The notes under the pieces are model-generated. The model saw only the letters and a program-made list of their open reading frames with translations, did no database searches and had not been told where the DNA came from. Shown here piece after piece: positions 28,689 to 39,029 of a stretch of 52,545 bases of DNA (its first letter is position 1; each line of letters begins with the position of its first letter). A program made the translations under genes and the position numbers. Source of the stretch: an archaeon (lineage in GTDB: Archaea > Nanobdellota > Nanobdellia > Pacearchaeales > GW2011-AR1); assembly GCA_043810775.1 (NCBI GenBank), contig JBDRNU010000002.1, positions 1-52,545 on the forward strand, given 5' to 3'.

Positions 28689-29402
28689 ATGACTTTTTAT
28701 TTAATAGGGCTGGGATTAAGCCTAAAAGGGGTAAGTTTAGAATCTTTGGAAATTTTAAGAAGCTGCAGAAAAATTTATATGGAAACTTATACTGTAGAAA
28801 TTCCTTACCAGATTTTTAGGCTAGAGGAAAGAATTGGCAAGCAAATAACTTCCTTAACCAGGCTAATGGTTGAAGAAGAAGAGTTTGTAAAAGAGGGCAA
28901 GAAACAGGACATAGCTCTGCTAGTTTATGGAAGCCCGCTGATGGCTACTACCCATATTTCACTGGTAATGAAGGCTATTAAAGAAAAGGTTCCTTACAGA
29001 GTAATTCATAATGCAAGTATTTTAGATGCGATTTCTGAAACTGGACTGCAAGTTTATAAGTTTGGAAAAACAGCTAGCATGCCTTCTTGGCAGGCAAATT
29101 ACCAGCCAGACTCGTTTGCAAAAATTATAGCAGATAATCAGAAAATTAAAGCACATACCTTAATACTTGTTGATATAGGCTTGCTATTCAGAGACTCTTT
29201 AAACCAGCTGAAAATAGCAGTAAATAATCATAAAGTAAAGCTAGACAAGATAATAGTCTGCTCAAGGCTAGGGATGGAAGACAGCAAAATTTATCATGGA
29301 AGAATAAACCAGCTGTCAGGCAGTGATATTTTTCCTCCGTTTTGCTTTATTATTCCTGGCGAGCTTCATTTTGCTGAGCAGGAATTTCTGGATAAAATCT
29401 AA
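28689..29402 (+). CDS. dph5: Diphthine synthase
   Basis: YLIGLGL, ETYT, GSPLMATTH, HNASI, GLQVYKFGKT, HTLILVDI. Confidence 0.92.
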   Translation: MTFYLIGLGLSLKGVSLESLEILRSCRKIYMETYTVEIPYQIFRLEERIGKQITSLTRLMVEEEEFVKEGKKQDIALLVYGSPLMATTHISLVMKAIKEKVPYRVIHNASILDAISETGLQVYKFGKTASMPSWQANYQPDSFAKIIADNQKIKAHTLILVDIGLLFRDSLNQLKIAVNNHKVKLDKIIVCSRLGMEDSKIYHGRINQLSGSDIFPPFCFIIPGELHFAEQEFLDKI

Positions 29403-29462
29403 ATCTCCAATATATAATTTAGCTTACAATAATGCTTATAAGCTGAAGATATAACTAATTTT

Positions 29463-30191
29463 ATGGCTAAAAATAAAACTATTGCTGATGTAATAGGAAC
29501 ATTAGGACGAGCAGCTCGAGATTTTAAAGAAATTACTAAAGATAGGGCTTTTAGTGTAATTGCGTCTTTTGAACATGGAGACCCCAGACACAACTTAACA
29601 AAAATGATTGATGGAGCAAATGCAATTGGAGAAGGAATTTCAAAACTTGGAGAAGGAATTTCAGATTATGTGAACAGTGGTGAGCTTAGACAAGACCTGG
29701 AGCAAATAGGCGACAAGATCGATGAGATGCAAGATAAACTTGGAGATTATGCAGGAGAATTTTTTAGAGCTGATGGAACTGTTAATATGGAAAGACTGCA
29801 AGATGAACTAAAGAACACAAGACAAGCAGTGAAAAGATATGGTGAAGAGGGTGTTGATGCAATGAATGCACTTTTTAATGGAGCTTCTGATGTAGCAGTA
29901 AAAATAAGGGACAGCTATAGAAAACAAATACCTTCAAGAGCTGAAATGCAAAAAGGACCTTATGCCGGAATTGGAGAAGGAATTGATGGACATGTAACAA
30001 GGGAAAACTGTGACAAATGCCTAGGATTCTATGACAGAGTTAGGAGCAATTTGCCTTCAAGACTGACTGGAAGAGCAGATATACTTGACCACATTAAAGC
30101 ATATGCAGTTACAGGAAAAAGAGAGCTATTAGCTAGCTTAAGAGAAGATGGAAATGATGGGGCAGCTGAAAGAGTCAGGCAATATATTTAA
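29463..30191 (+). CDS. Hypothetical amphipathic-helical protein
   Basis: IGEGISKLGEGISD repeat, apolipoprotein-like pattern. Confidence 0.55.
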   Translation: MAKNKTIADVIGTLGRAARDFKEITKDRAFSVIASFEHGDPRHNLTKMIDGANAIGEGISKLGEGISDYVNSGELRQDLEQIGDKIDEMQDKLGDYAGEFFRADGTVNMERLQDELKNTRQAVKRYGEEGVDAMNALFNGASDVAVKIRDSYRKQIPSRAEMQKGPYAGIGEGIDGHVTRENCDKCLGFYDRVRSNLPSRLTGRADILDHIKAYAVTGKRELLASLREDGNDGAAERVRQYI

Positions 30192-30215
30192 AAACCTCAA
30201 ATCCTAAAATCTTAC

Positions 30216-30290
30216 ATGGCAAAAGATAAACCTAATTATAAAAACAGGATTATCTTAGCTGAATCTATATCTCAGATTATTATAAACTGA
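30216..30290 (+). promoter_or_regulatory. Putative Ile-rich leader peptide (MAKDKPNYKNRIILAESISQIIIN)
   Basis: ATG ~23 nt after TTTAAAA; 6 Ile in last 13 codons; GCAAGCT/AGCTTGC hairpin at 30291-30312 follows the stop. Confidence 0.45.
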
Positions 30291-30320
30291 GCAAGCTGAT
30301 TTTCTAGCTTGCAAGACAAG

Positions 30321-31916
30321 ATGAGTGAGCTTGAAATATATGACACAACATTAAGGGAAGGGGAACAGGCAGCAGGGGCAAGCTTCTCTATGCAAGATAG
30401 ATTGAAAATTTGCGAAATTCTAGATGATTTTGGAGTAGACTATATTGAGCTAGGATGGCCTCTTTCTTCTGCAGAGATACTAGAGTCATTTAAAGAGTGC
30501 ATTGAAAAAGTTGAAAAAGCTAAGATTGTAGCATTTGGCTCAACTTCCATAAGTGAGAATATTCAAGAAGACAAGAATTTAAACTCAATAGTTCAATCTG
30601 GAGTGAGATATGCTTGCATAGTTGGCAAGACAGATTTAGAGCACGTAGAAAAGCAGCTTAAAATTTCGCCTGATGAAAATTTAAGAAGGATAAGAGAGAG
30701 CATTAAATTTTTAAAAGAAAAAGAAATTGAGGTTTTCTATGATGCTGAGCATTATTTTGATGCATTTAAATCAGATGAAGATTATGCAATTAAAACACTA
30801 ATTGCAGCTATAGAGGGGGGTGCAGAAAGGATAGTTTTATGCGACACTAAAGGGGGAAGCCTTCCTGATGAAGCTAAAGAGATACTTAAGAAAACACAGG
30901 GAGCACTAATTGACAAGGAGCTCGCGGCTAAACTTGGAGTTCATTTTCATGATGACTGCGGCCTAGCTCTTGCAAGTACACTAGCAAGCCTGCCATATAT
31001 TAAACAAGTTCAAGGAACTATTAATGGAATTGGTGAAAGAGTAGGCAATCTGAATTTTTCTGAGTTTCTTCCAGTATATATCAAAAAAATGGGGAGGATG
31101 AGCAGGGTTAATTTAGTCAAGTTAAAGGAAATTAGTGAGGAAGTTTTTAGGCTAGCTGGAATTGATGTTCCTGAAATGAGGGCATTTGTAGGAGACAATG
31201 CATTTACCCATAAGGGAGGAGTGCATACTGATGCAGAATCAAAAGGAGTAAGCTATGAACACGAAAATCCAGAAGATTTTGGAAATAAAAGCAAGATTTT
31301 ATTAAATACTCTTGGAGGAAGAAGCTGTGTAACTCAGGTAGCGCGAGAATTAGGATATAATCTTGACAAAAATAATCCAGATGTTAAAGAAAAAATTACT
31401 AGATTATTTTATGAACTTAGAGAGCTAGAAAAAAGAGGATATAGGTTAGGGTCATTAAAAGCTGAACAATTTTTATTGATAGAGAAATACTTTGGAAAAT
31501 TAAATGAAATTTTTAACATTAGAAGATGGGAAATAAGAAGCAGAGTTGAGGGTGAAAGTGAAAAAAGCATATTTCACATGTCTGGCAGCATAAATGGAGA
31601 AGAGTTTGAAGATATACATACTGTTGAAGGAGGACCTGTAGATGCTGCTTATAAGACAATTATTAAATTATTAGGAAAAAGATATCCTCAAGTAAATAGG
31701 TTAAAACTGGTTGATTTTCATGTAAGCATTGCAAGGAGCAGAAGAGAGGAAAGCACAGTAAGGACTTTTATAACTTTCCGTGATGGAGAGGAATTTCAAA
31801 CTGTTGGAGTTGATGAAAATATCCTGAATTCGGCAGTGGAAGCCCTAGTCAAGGGATTCAGGTATTACTTGAATAATAATAAAAGTAAATTTATAAACCA
31901 AAATACCGATATATAA
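30321..31916 (+). CDS. cimA: Citramalate synthase (bacterial-type LeuA/CimA family)
   Basis: YDTTLREGEQ, FYDAEHYFD, LCDTKGG, HFHDDCG, HKGGVH, YEH, GGPVDA regulatory domain. Confidence 0.85.
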   Translation: MSELEIYDTTLREGEQAAGASFSMQDRLKICEILDDFGVDYIELGWPLSSAEILESFKECIEKVEKAKIVAFGSTSISENIQEDKNLNSIVQSGVRYACIVGKTDLEHVEKQLKISPDENLRRIRESIKFLKEKEIEVFYDAEHYFDAFKSDEDYAIKTLIAAIEGGAERIVLCDTKGGSLPDEAKEILKKTQGALIDKELAAKLGVHFHDDCGLALASTLASLPYIKQVQGTINGIGERVGNLNFSEFLPVYIKKMGRMSRVNLVKLKEISEEVFRLAGIDVPEMRAFVGDNAFTHKGGVHTDAESKGVSYEHENPEDFGNKSKILLNTLGGRSCVTQVARELGYNLDKNNPDVKEKITRLFYELRELEKRGYRLGSLKAEQFLLIEKYFGKLNEIFNIRRWEIRSRVEGESEKSIFHMSGSINGEEFEDIHTVEGGPVDAAYKTIIKLLGKRYPQVNRLKLVDFHVSIARSRREESTVRTFITFRDGEEFQTVGVDENILNSAVEALVKGFRYYLNNNKSKFINQNTDI

Positions 31917-31918
31917 AG

Positions 31919-34726
31919 ATGTATGATTTCAAAAAAGTAGAGGGTGAAGCGAGAAGTGTCTGGAAAAAACATAAAAAAGAAATTGATAAAGCTATTCATG
32001 ATATAAAAGGTAGGAAGATTTTCTCATTCTTAGAAGGCCCGCCTACTGCAAATGCTCCTCCAGGATTACATCATTTAGAAGTAAGGACTTTTAAAGATAT
32101 AATATGTAAATTTAGATTTATGCAAGGATACTCTGTTCCTAGAAAAGGTGGATGGGATTGCCATGGGTTGCCTGTAGAAGTTCAAATTGAGAAAAAACTG
32201 AATCTTGGAAATAAAAAAGATGTAATCAAATTTGGAACTGATAAATTTATAAAAAAATGCAGAGAAAGTGTATTTTCAAATATTAAAGATTGGGAAGTTT
32301 CCAGTGAAGAGTTAGCTTACTGGGTTGACTTAAAAAATCCTTATGTAACCTTGCATAATGAATATATTGAAAGTGTTTGGTGGAGTTTAAAAGAATTACA
32401 TAAAAAAAGATTATTATATGAAGGGTATAAGGTTGTTCCTTTTTGCACTAGATGCGGAACTCCTCTTTCAAGCCATGAAGTTGCTCAAGGATATCAAGAT
32501 ATTAAAGAAGAATCTGTTTATATTGCTTTTAAAATTAAAGGTAAGAAAGGAGAGTATATTCTTGCATGGACAACTACTCCCTGGACTTTGCCAGGAAATG
32601 TAGCTCTAGCAGTTGGAAAAAATATAGATTATGTAAATGTTCAACTAGAAGATGGTGATAAGATTATACTTGGAAAAGAAAAAGTAGATATTTTAAGGGG
32701 AAAATATAAAATTATTGAAAAATTAAAAGGGAAGGACTTGGAAGGACTGGAATATGAACCCTTGTTTGATATAAAAGAAACTCAAAATGAAAAATCTCAT
32801 AGAATTATTTTGGCTGATTTTGTGACAACTGAAGAAGGCACGGGAGTCGTGCATACTGCTGTAATGTATGGGGAAGATGATTATAATATTGGAACTAAAA
32901 TAGGATTGCCTGCAGTCCATACAGTGGGGGAAGATGGAAAGTTTTTAGATTTTGTTCCAAAATTTAAGGGGATTTATGTTAAAGACGCTGAAGAAGCCAT
33001 AAAACAAGATTTAAGGGACAGGCACTTACTTTACAAAATAGAAAAAATAGTGCATTCTTATCCGTTTTGCTGGAGATGTGAGACTCCCTTGTTGTATTAT
33101 GCTATTAATTCATGGTTTGTAAATGTAACTGCAATAAAAGATAAATTAATTGAAAATAATCAAAAGATAAATTGGGAGCCTGGACATATTAAAGATGGAA
33201 GATTTGGCAACTGGCTTGAAAGTGCCAAAGACTGGGCTTTATCTAGATTTAAGTATTGGGGAACTCCGCTGCCTATTTGGAGATGCAAATGCGGGCAGGA
33301 AAAAATTATAGGCAGTATTGAAGAACTGAAAAAAGAATCTACGAAAAAGATTACAGAAAAAATTGACTTGCATAAGCCATGGATTGATGAAATTAAGCTT
33401 AAATGCAGGTGTGGTAAAGAAATGCTTAGAATTCCTGATGTGATTGACTGCTGGTATGATTCAGGAGCAGCTACTTTTGCCCAGTTTCATTATCCTTTTG
33501 AGAATAAAAAAGAATTTGAAAAAAGATTCCCTTATGACTTCATTTCTGAAGCCATTGATCAAACTAGAGGATGGTTCTATACATTACATATTCTAGCTGT
33601 AGCTTTATTTGATGAACCAGCTTATAAAAATGTAATCTGCGCTGGGCATGTTGTAGATGAAAATGGAGAGAAGATGAGCAAGAGCAAGGGGAATATAATA
33701 ATTCCTAGGGAGATTATTGATAAAGCCGGAGTAGATGCAATTAGATTGCAATTCTGCACAACAGATTCAGGAAATTTCAAGAGATTTTCATATAACTTAA
33801 TGAGAGAATCAGTAATTCCTTTTTTAACTGTGCTTTATAATCTGAATAGTTATTACAATCAACTTGAGAATAAAAAATCAAAATTAAGAGTGGAAGATAA
33901 GTGGATTTTAAGCAAGCTTCATTCTCTTATTGAAAGAGTTACTAGTGGCTTAGAAAAATATAAACTAGATGAACCATTTAAAGCAATTTCAGAATTTGTT
34001 GTAAATGATTTTTCAAGAGGATATATACAAATGACTCGTGAAAGAGAAGATACTAAAGAGGTAGTGGGGGAAGTTTTAGAAAGTGTTTCATTATTATTAT
34101 CGCCGTTTGCACCTTATATAACTGAATATATTTATTCTAATTTTAATAAGAATTCTGTTCATTTAAGCAAGTGGCCTAAAACTGACAAGAAAAAAATTGA
34201 CATGAGAATTGAAGGAGCAATGCAAGAAGCTTTTAAGATTATTGAAGCTGGCTTGTCTCGAAGAGATGAAGCGAAGATTGGATTAAAGTGGCCTTTAGCT
34301 AAGATGATAGTTTATATTAAGGGAAGGGAAAGATTTAGTGAATTTGAAGAAATAATAAAAACTCAGTTAAATATAAAGCAAGTTGATTGGAAGTCTCCTT
34401 CATCAAAAGGTATAGAATTTGATCTTGAGCTAGACACTAATATAACCCTAGAACTTGAAGCTGAAGGATTTGCCAGAGAAATTTCTAGAAGCATACAGGC
34501 TGCAAGAAAAAAAGCTGGGTTGATTAAAAAAGATAAGATAAAATTAGAGGTAACTGTCAGTAGTAGCTTGCAAAACAAGATTAAAGGACAGGAAAAATTT
34601 ATAAAGGAAAGGACTAATGCTAAAGAGGCCGTTATTAGTGAAAAAATAACAAAAAAATATAAAAACAGCTCAGACTTCGTCGTAAAAGAGGAAAAAATTA
34701 GCATAAATTTTGAGAAAATAAACTAA
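31919..34726 (+). CDS. ileS: Isoleucine--tRNA ligase (type 2)
   Basis: EGPPTAN, GLHH, GWDCHGLP, WTTTPWTLP, DQTRGWF, KMSKS. Confidence 0.96.
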   Translation: MYDFKKVEGEARSVWKKHKKEIDKAIHDIKGRKIFSFLEGPPTANAPPGLHHLEVRTFKDIICKFRFMQGYSVPRKGGWDCHGLPVEVQIEKKLNLGNKKDVIKFGTDKFIKKCRESVFSNIKDWEVSSEELAYWVDLKNPYVTLHNEYIESVWWSLKELHKKRLLYEGYKVVPFCTRCGTPLSSHEVAQGYQDIKEESVYIAFKIKGKKGEYILAWTTTPWTLPGNVALAVGKNIDYVNVQLEDGDKIILGKEKVDILRGKYKIIEKLKGKDLEGLEYEPLFDIKETQNEKSHRIILADFVTTEEGTGVVHTAVMYGEDDYNIGTKIGLPAVHTVGEDGKFLDFVPKFKGIYVKDAEEAIKQDLRDRHLLYKIEKIVHSYPFCWRCETPLLYYAINSWFVNVTAIKDKLIENNQKINWEPGHIKDGRFGNWLESAKDWALSRFKYWGTPLPIWRCKCGQEKIIGSIEELKKESTKKITEKIDLHKPWIDEIKLKCRCGKEMLRIPDVIDCWYDSGAATFAQFHYPFENKKEFEKRFPYDFISEAIDQTRGWFYTLHILAVALFDEPAYKNVICAGHVVDENGEKMSKSKGNIIIPREIIDKAGVDAIRLQFCTTDSGNFKRFSYNLMRESVIPFLTVLYNLNSYYNQLENKKSKLRVEDKWILSKLHSLIERVTSGLEKYKLDEPFKAISEFVVNDFSRGYIQMTREREDTKEVVGEVLESVSLLLSPFAPYITEYIYSNFNKNSVHLSKWPKTDKKKIDMRIEGAMQEAFKIIEAGLSRRDEAKIGLKWPLAKMIVYIKGRERFSEFEEIIKTQLNIKQVDWKSPSSKGIEFDLELDTNITLELEAEGFAREISRSIQAARKKAGLIKKDKIKLEVTVSSSLQNKIKGQEKFIKERTNAKEAVISEKITKKYKNSSDFVVKEEKISINFEKIN

Positions 34727-34755
34727 TTCACTTTAAGCTAATAGTGAATTTTTAC
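34725..34755 (+). terminator. Hairpin + T tract after ileS
   Basis: AATTCACT-N10-AGTGAATT then T run. Confidence 0.35.
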
Positions 34756-34823
34756 CCTTTTATCATAGCAATATGAAAGAAAACCTTTAAATACTTAGCT
34801 AAATTAAATTTCATAACTTTAAA

Positions 34824-35630
34824 ATGATAGTAAAAGAAGAGTTTTTGAGTAGACTTCGAAAAATCTTTGACTTGAACTTATATGAAGTGCGTGTATGGAC
34901 TGCTTTACTTTCGAGAGGTGTTTCCACAGCTGGTGAGTTGAGTAATATAAGTGATGTTCCGAGAAGCAGAACTTATGACATTCTTGAAAGTTTAGATAAG
35001 AAGGGATTTATAGTGATGAAATTAGGCAAGCCAATCAAGTTTGTAGCCTTGAAGCCTGAAGAAGTTATTGAGCGAGTCAAGAAGAATTTAGTTGTTGAAG
35101 CAAGTGAAAAATCAAAGAGACTTGAGGTGTTAAAGGGTGATGAAGTTCTTAAAGAATTGTCTTCCTTATTTACTCAAGGAGTTAAGTTTGTAGAGCCTTC
35201 TGACCTTTCAGGAAGCTTGAGAGGAAGACAGAACATGTATAACCATCTTGATATGATGGTCAGGGAAGCTGAGAAGACTGTTACTGTTGTGACTACTGCA
35301 GAAGGCATTAACAGGAAGCTTGAAGCTTTAATGCCTTCATTTGGCAAAGCTAAAAAGAGGGGAGTTAAGATAAGAATTGCTGCTCCTATAAACAAGAACA
35401 ACTTTAAGATTGCAAAAGAGCTTGGAAAGGTTGCTGAAGTTAAGGATATGGGTGAAATGAAAGCTAGATTTTCTATTGTTGACTCTGAACAGATAATGTT
35501 CATGCTACTTGATGACGAGAAAGTGCACCCGAATTATGACGTTGGAGTATGGATTAATACTGACTTCTTTGCAAAGGCTTTGGAACAGATGTTTGAGCTT
35601 GCATGGCAGAAATTTAAGACAGTAAAATAA
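34824..35630 (+). CDS. TrmB-family regulator/chromatin protein
   Basis: LNLYEVRVWTALL, VPRSRTYDILESL..KGF. Confidence 0.9.
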   Translation: MIVKEEFLSRLRKIFDLNLYEVRVWTALLSRGVSTAGELSNISDVPRSRTYDILESLDKKGFIVMKLGKPIKFVALKPEEVIERVKKNLVVEASEKSKRLEVLKGDEVLKELSSLFTQGVKFVEPSDLSGSLRGRQNMYNHLDMMVREAEKTVTVVTTAEGINRKLEALMPSFGKAKKRGVKIRIAAPINKNNFKIAKELGKVAEVKDMGEMKARFSIVDSEQIMFMLLDDEKVHPNYDVGVWINTDFFAKALEQMFELAWQKFKTVK

Positions 35631-35669
35631 AGCTACTCAAGAAAAAGAGGTAAGGAATGAAGAGGGATG

Positions 35670-36956
35670 TTAGATTAGATCAGAAATCAAATAATGAGAA
35701 AAGGCTTTCTTAATTTTTACTTTTACTATTTTACCTAATAAATTTTTACTGCTTCTTATGATTATAAGTTTATAATCATTAGTTCTGGCAAGACAATTAG
35801 TTCCTGTTTGTTCATTTACCAAGCAAGTTTGTTCTGTATTTATTAAAGCTTTATTATTTTCAAGAGCTATTTTTAAATGAAGCTTTTGAATTTCGAGAGC
35901 TCTTGATTTAGCTAGCTTTGCTGGAATTTGCTTAAGTAAAGCAGCCCTAGTTCCCTGCATTGCCCAATATTTGCTTATATTAACTACATCTGGGCGAACT
36001 TCTTGAAGCAGTTTTTTTGTATCTTGAAAATCTTGTTCAGATTCAAAAGGGTAAGCCACTATAATATCAGTCCCAATAGTTATTCCAGGAAATTCTGATT
36101 TAAATTTAGAAATTATTTTCAGGAAATCCTTAGCTTTATATTTCCTATCCATTGCAAGAAGAATTTTATCAGAGCCAGACTGAACTGGAAGATGAAGGAA
36201 CTTGTACATTTTTTCATGCTTGTAAATTTCTATTAGCTCAGATAAAATTGGCAAAACATGATTTGGATTCATCATTCCCAAACGAACTTGAAAATTTCCC
36301 TTAATAGCAAGAATCTTGGAAAGTAACTCTGGAAGTTTATACTTACCTGAATCTAATCCATAAGATGCATTATCTTGGCTAGTTATCCATATTTCCTTGC
36401 ATCCAGACTTTAAGTCCTGATTGATATTTTCCAGAATCTTTTCTTCTGAATAAGAAAATAAATTGCCTTTTACCAACTTAGTAATGCAGTAATTACATCT
36501 TCCAAGACAGCCTTCTGATATCTGAGTTATGCCTATTTTCTTACGATAGGATAATTTAGGAATACATAATTTAACTTCATTTTTCTTAGATAGAAACTCG
36601 ATTTTATTATATTTGCCTTCACTAATCTTCCTTATTAGCTTTAGAATATCCCGAATATGGGAGATTCCAAGAAGATAGATATTCTTGCCATGAAACTTAC
36701 GAACAGAAGGCATGCAGCCAGCTATTATTAGAGGTTTATTTAAGTTTAATAGGTCAGAAATTCTCCTTTTTATTTTATTTTCAGTTGGACCTTTTACTAT
36801 ACAAGTATTAATAATCAGCAAGTCGGCAATTTTTGGATTATTTGTAATTTCTAAGCCGGCTGATTTTATCAAGCCAAGCATAATTTCAGTATTATTTTGG
36901 TTAGCTGAACAGCCATAAGTTTCAATGTATAGTGAAAGATATTGATTACTTATCAT
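35670..36956 (-). CDS. tRNA methylthiotransferase (MiaB-like, archaeal e-MtaB/CDKAL1 type)
   Basis: ETYGCSAN, NTC, AGC, CLGRCNYC radical SAM, HLPVQSGSD, TRAM. Confidence 0.9.
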   Translation of the reverse strand: MISNQYLSLYIETYGCSANQNNTEIMLGLIKSAGLEITNNPKIADLLIINTCIVKGPTENKIKRRISDLLNLNKPLIIAGCMPSVRKFHGKNIYLLGISHIRDILKLIRKISEGKYNKIEFLSKKNEVKLCIPKLSYRKKIGITQISEGCLGRCNYCITKLVKGNLFSYSEEKILENINQDLKSGCKEIWITSQDNASYGLDSGKYKLPELLSKILAIKGNFQVRLGMMNPNHVLPILSELIEIYKHEKMYKFLHLPVQSGSDKILLAMDRKYKAKDFLKIISKFKSEFPGITIGTDIIVAYPFESEQDFQDTKKLLQEVRPDVVNISKYWAMQGTRAALLKQIPAKLAKSRALEIQKLHLKIALENNKALINTEQTCLVNEQTGTNCLARTNDYKLIIIRSSKNLLGKIVKVKIKKAFSHYLISDLI

Positions 36957-37098
36957 TTATCTTTCCCTTGATATCAAATGCGCAATTAAGAAATAACCGC
37001 GTCCTTTGATATAAATAAATTTTAGCACCATAAATATATTATAGGGAGAGGCTTTTTAAAGTTAAATTGCTTTGTTTATTTGAAAAAGGGATTAAAAT

Positions 37099-37947
37099 AT
37101 GGTTGATATTTACCAGACTCTTAGAGATTATGCAAATGTAATAGTGGTAACAAGAACAATTATATTAATAGTTATATTGGCAATTGTTTTTGGATTTATA
37201 ATAAGCAGGATTAAAAGAGCCTTGTTAAAAAGGACAAAATCTAAAAAATATATTTCAAATATAAAGATTTTCTCAAGATTATTGTATTATTTATTAGTAT
37301 TAGTATTAATCTTAGTGGCTGTTTTTTCTTTATCAGGAGATTATACAGGTTTAGGAATTACTGTTGGGTTACTTAGTGCTGCTTTGGGATGGGCATTGCA
37401 AAAACCAATTACAGGTATAGCTGCTTGGATAATGATTATAGTTAAGAGGCCTTTTAGAATTGGGGATAGAGTTATAATTGGAAATATTAAAGGAGATGTT
37501 TATGATATTACAATTACACATATTTACTTGAGTGAGGTTGGAGGTTTAATGCCAGGTGAGGAAACTTCAGGAAGAGTTGTTATGGTTCCTAATTCACTTT
37601 TATTTGATATGAATATTATAAATTATACTTTGCAGGATGATTTTGTTTTAGACCAGGTTAATGTCAGCATTACTTATGAAAGTGACTTAGATAAGGCAAT
37701 AAAAATAGCGCTAGATTCTGCTAAGAAAATTTTAAAAGAGATTATTGAGAAGACAAAAAAAGAGCCTTATGTCAGGACTTTTTTTGAGCCAAGTAACATG
37801 GGTGTTCGAGTAAGGTATTTTGTCCCAGCTGACAGGCTTCAGGAGTTTTCAAGTGCAATTACTAAAGAGATTTTTGATAGAATAAGAAAAGAGAAAGATG
37901 TTGAGATAGCTTACCCCCATTCTGAAGTTGTTTTTAGAAAGAAATAG
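37099..37947 (+). CDS. mscS: Small-conductance mechanosensitive channel
   Basis: 3 TM, ALGWALQ, RPFRIGDRV, VPNS, IAYP. Confidence 0.88.
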   Translation: MVDIYQTLRDYANVIVVTRTIILIVILAIVFGFIISRIKRALLKRTKSKKYISNIKIFSRLLYYLLVLVLILVAVFSLSGDYTGLGITVGLLSAALGWALQKPITGIAAWIMIIVKRPFRIGDRVIIGNIKGDVYDITITHIYLSEVGGLMPGEETSGRVVMVPNSLLFDMNIINYTLQDDFVLDQVNVSITYESDLDKAIKIALDSAKKILKEIIEKTKKEPYVRTFFEPSNMGVRVRYFVPADRLQEFSSAITKEIFDRIRKEKDVEIAYPHSEVVFRKK

Positions 37948-37977
37948 GTTTTTAAAGTCAAATTTCTAGTTTATACT

Positions 37978-38664
37978 ATGAAAAAAGAAGTGATTTTAAT
38001 TTTAGGAATTTTGCTAATAAGCTTAGCAGTGACTTCTGTATATGCTCAGGGACAGGGCAATGATGACAGTAATGCCAATGACGGGCAAGGCAATCAGACT
38101 CAACAGCAAGACCAGAACCAGACTATGGCTCAAAATAAGACACAGGAAGGAAAAACTTCAAGTTTTTCACCTTGGCAGAAAAGAAGCGAGGATGAATGTC
38201 CTGAAGGATGCTCATGCCATGGAGCAGTTGTTTCTTGCAAAACTGAAAGTGGAAAGACAATGAGTATTGAAGCAGGAAGAAGTGGAAATTTGATTACTAT
38301 AACTATTGACAAAACTGAAGTAGATACTGAACTTGAGATTGAGACAGAATTGGGAGAAGGCAATCAAACAAAGCTAAAAGCCAAGATGAAGAACGGTGAG
38401 ACTAAAGAAGTTAAAGTGATGGGTGATGAAGCTCAAGTAAGGGTAAGAGAAAGAGCAAGAATTTGCGAAGGTGAAGGAAACTGCACAGTGAAGCTTCAGG
38501 AAATTAATGGCGAATTAATGTATGAGTTTGAAGGAAACAAAGAAGGCAGATTATTTGCTTTATTTAAGAAGCAGATGAAAATACAAGCCAGAATTGATGC
38601 AGAAACCGGAGAAGTCAGCAAGATTAAGAAGCCATGGTGGGCTTTATTAGCTAGTGAGTTGTAA
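37978..38664 (+). CDS. Secreted protein with Cys module and PepSY-like KKPWW C-terminus (paralog of 51559)
   Basis: Signal peptide, CPEGCSCHG, IDAETGEV..KKPWW. Confidence 0.7.
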   Translation: MKKEVILILGILLISLAVTSVYAQGQGNDDSNANDGQGNQTQQQDQNQTMAQNKTQEGKTSSFSPWQKRSEDECPEGCSCHGAVVSCKTESGKTMSIEAGRSGNLITITIDKTEVDTELEIETELGEGNQTKLKAKMKNGETKEVKVMGDEAQVRVRERARICEGEGNCTVKLQEINGELMYEFEGNKEGRLFALFKKQMKIQARIDAETGEVSKIKKPWWALLASEL

Positions 38665-38757
38665 ACCTTTTCCAAAGGTTTCCAAAGAGCAAGACTAAAT
38701 CTTACTAGTGTAAGATATTAGCTTACTGCATTAACTTCCTACCTAGAGTTAGTTAAT
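38661..38757 (-). repeat. Three-hairpin element family 1, copy C
   Basis: Aligns with copies A and D with compensatory changes. Confidence 0.85.
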
Positions 38758-38833
38758 AAGAAGTAGGTTTTTTATTTTTCTTTTTTTATTATTTTTTGAT
38801 AATATTTATAAACTTGGTAAACTTACTAATAAT

Positions 38834-39013
38834 ATGGGTGACAGAAATCAAGCATTAGCTATTGCATTTTATGATATTGATGAAAACCCACATTTTAAAT
38901 TAAGAATAAGTTACACTGGTCGTGGAAGCGACACAAATGAATACCAAGAACCCAATAATCAACCTGCTTCTTCAGAATTGCCCCAGTCTGATTTGGAAAG
39001 TAAAACTGAGTAA
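38834..39013 (+). CDS. 59-aa hypothetical protein
   Basis: Below ORF-track cutoff; TATA (TTTATAAA) ~22 nt upstream, T-tract after stop. Confidence 0.5.
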   Translation: MGDRNQALAIAFYDIDENPHFKLRISYTGRGSDTNEYQEPNNQPASSELPQSDLESKTE

Positions 39014-39029
39014 TTTTTTCTTTTTTTAA

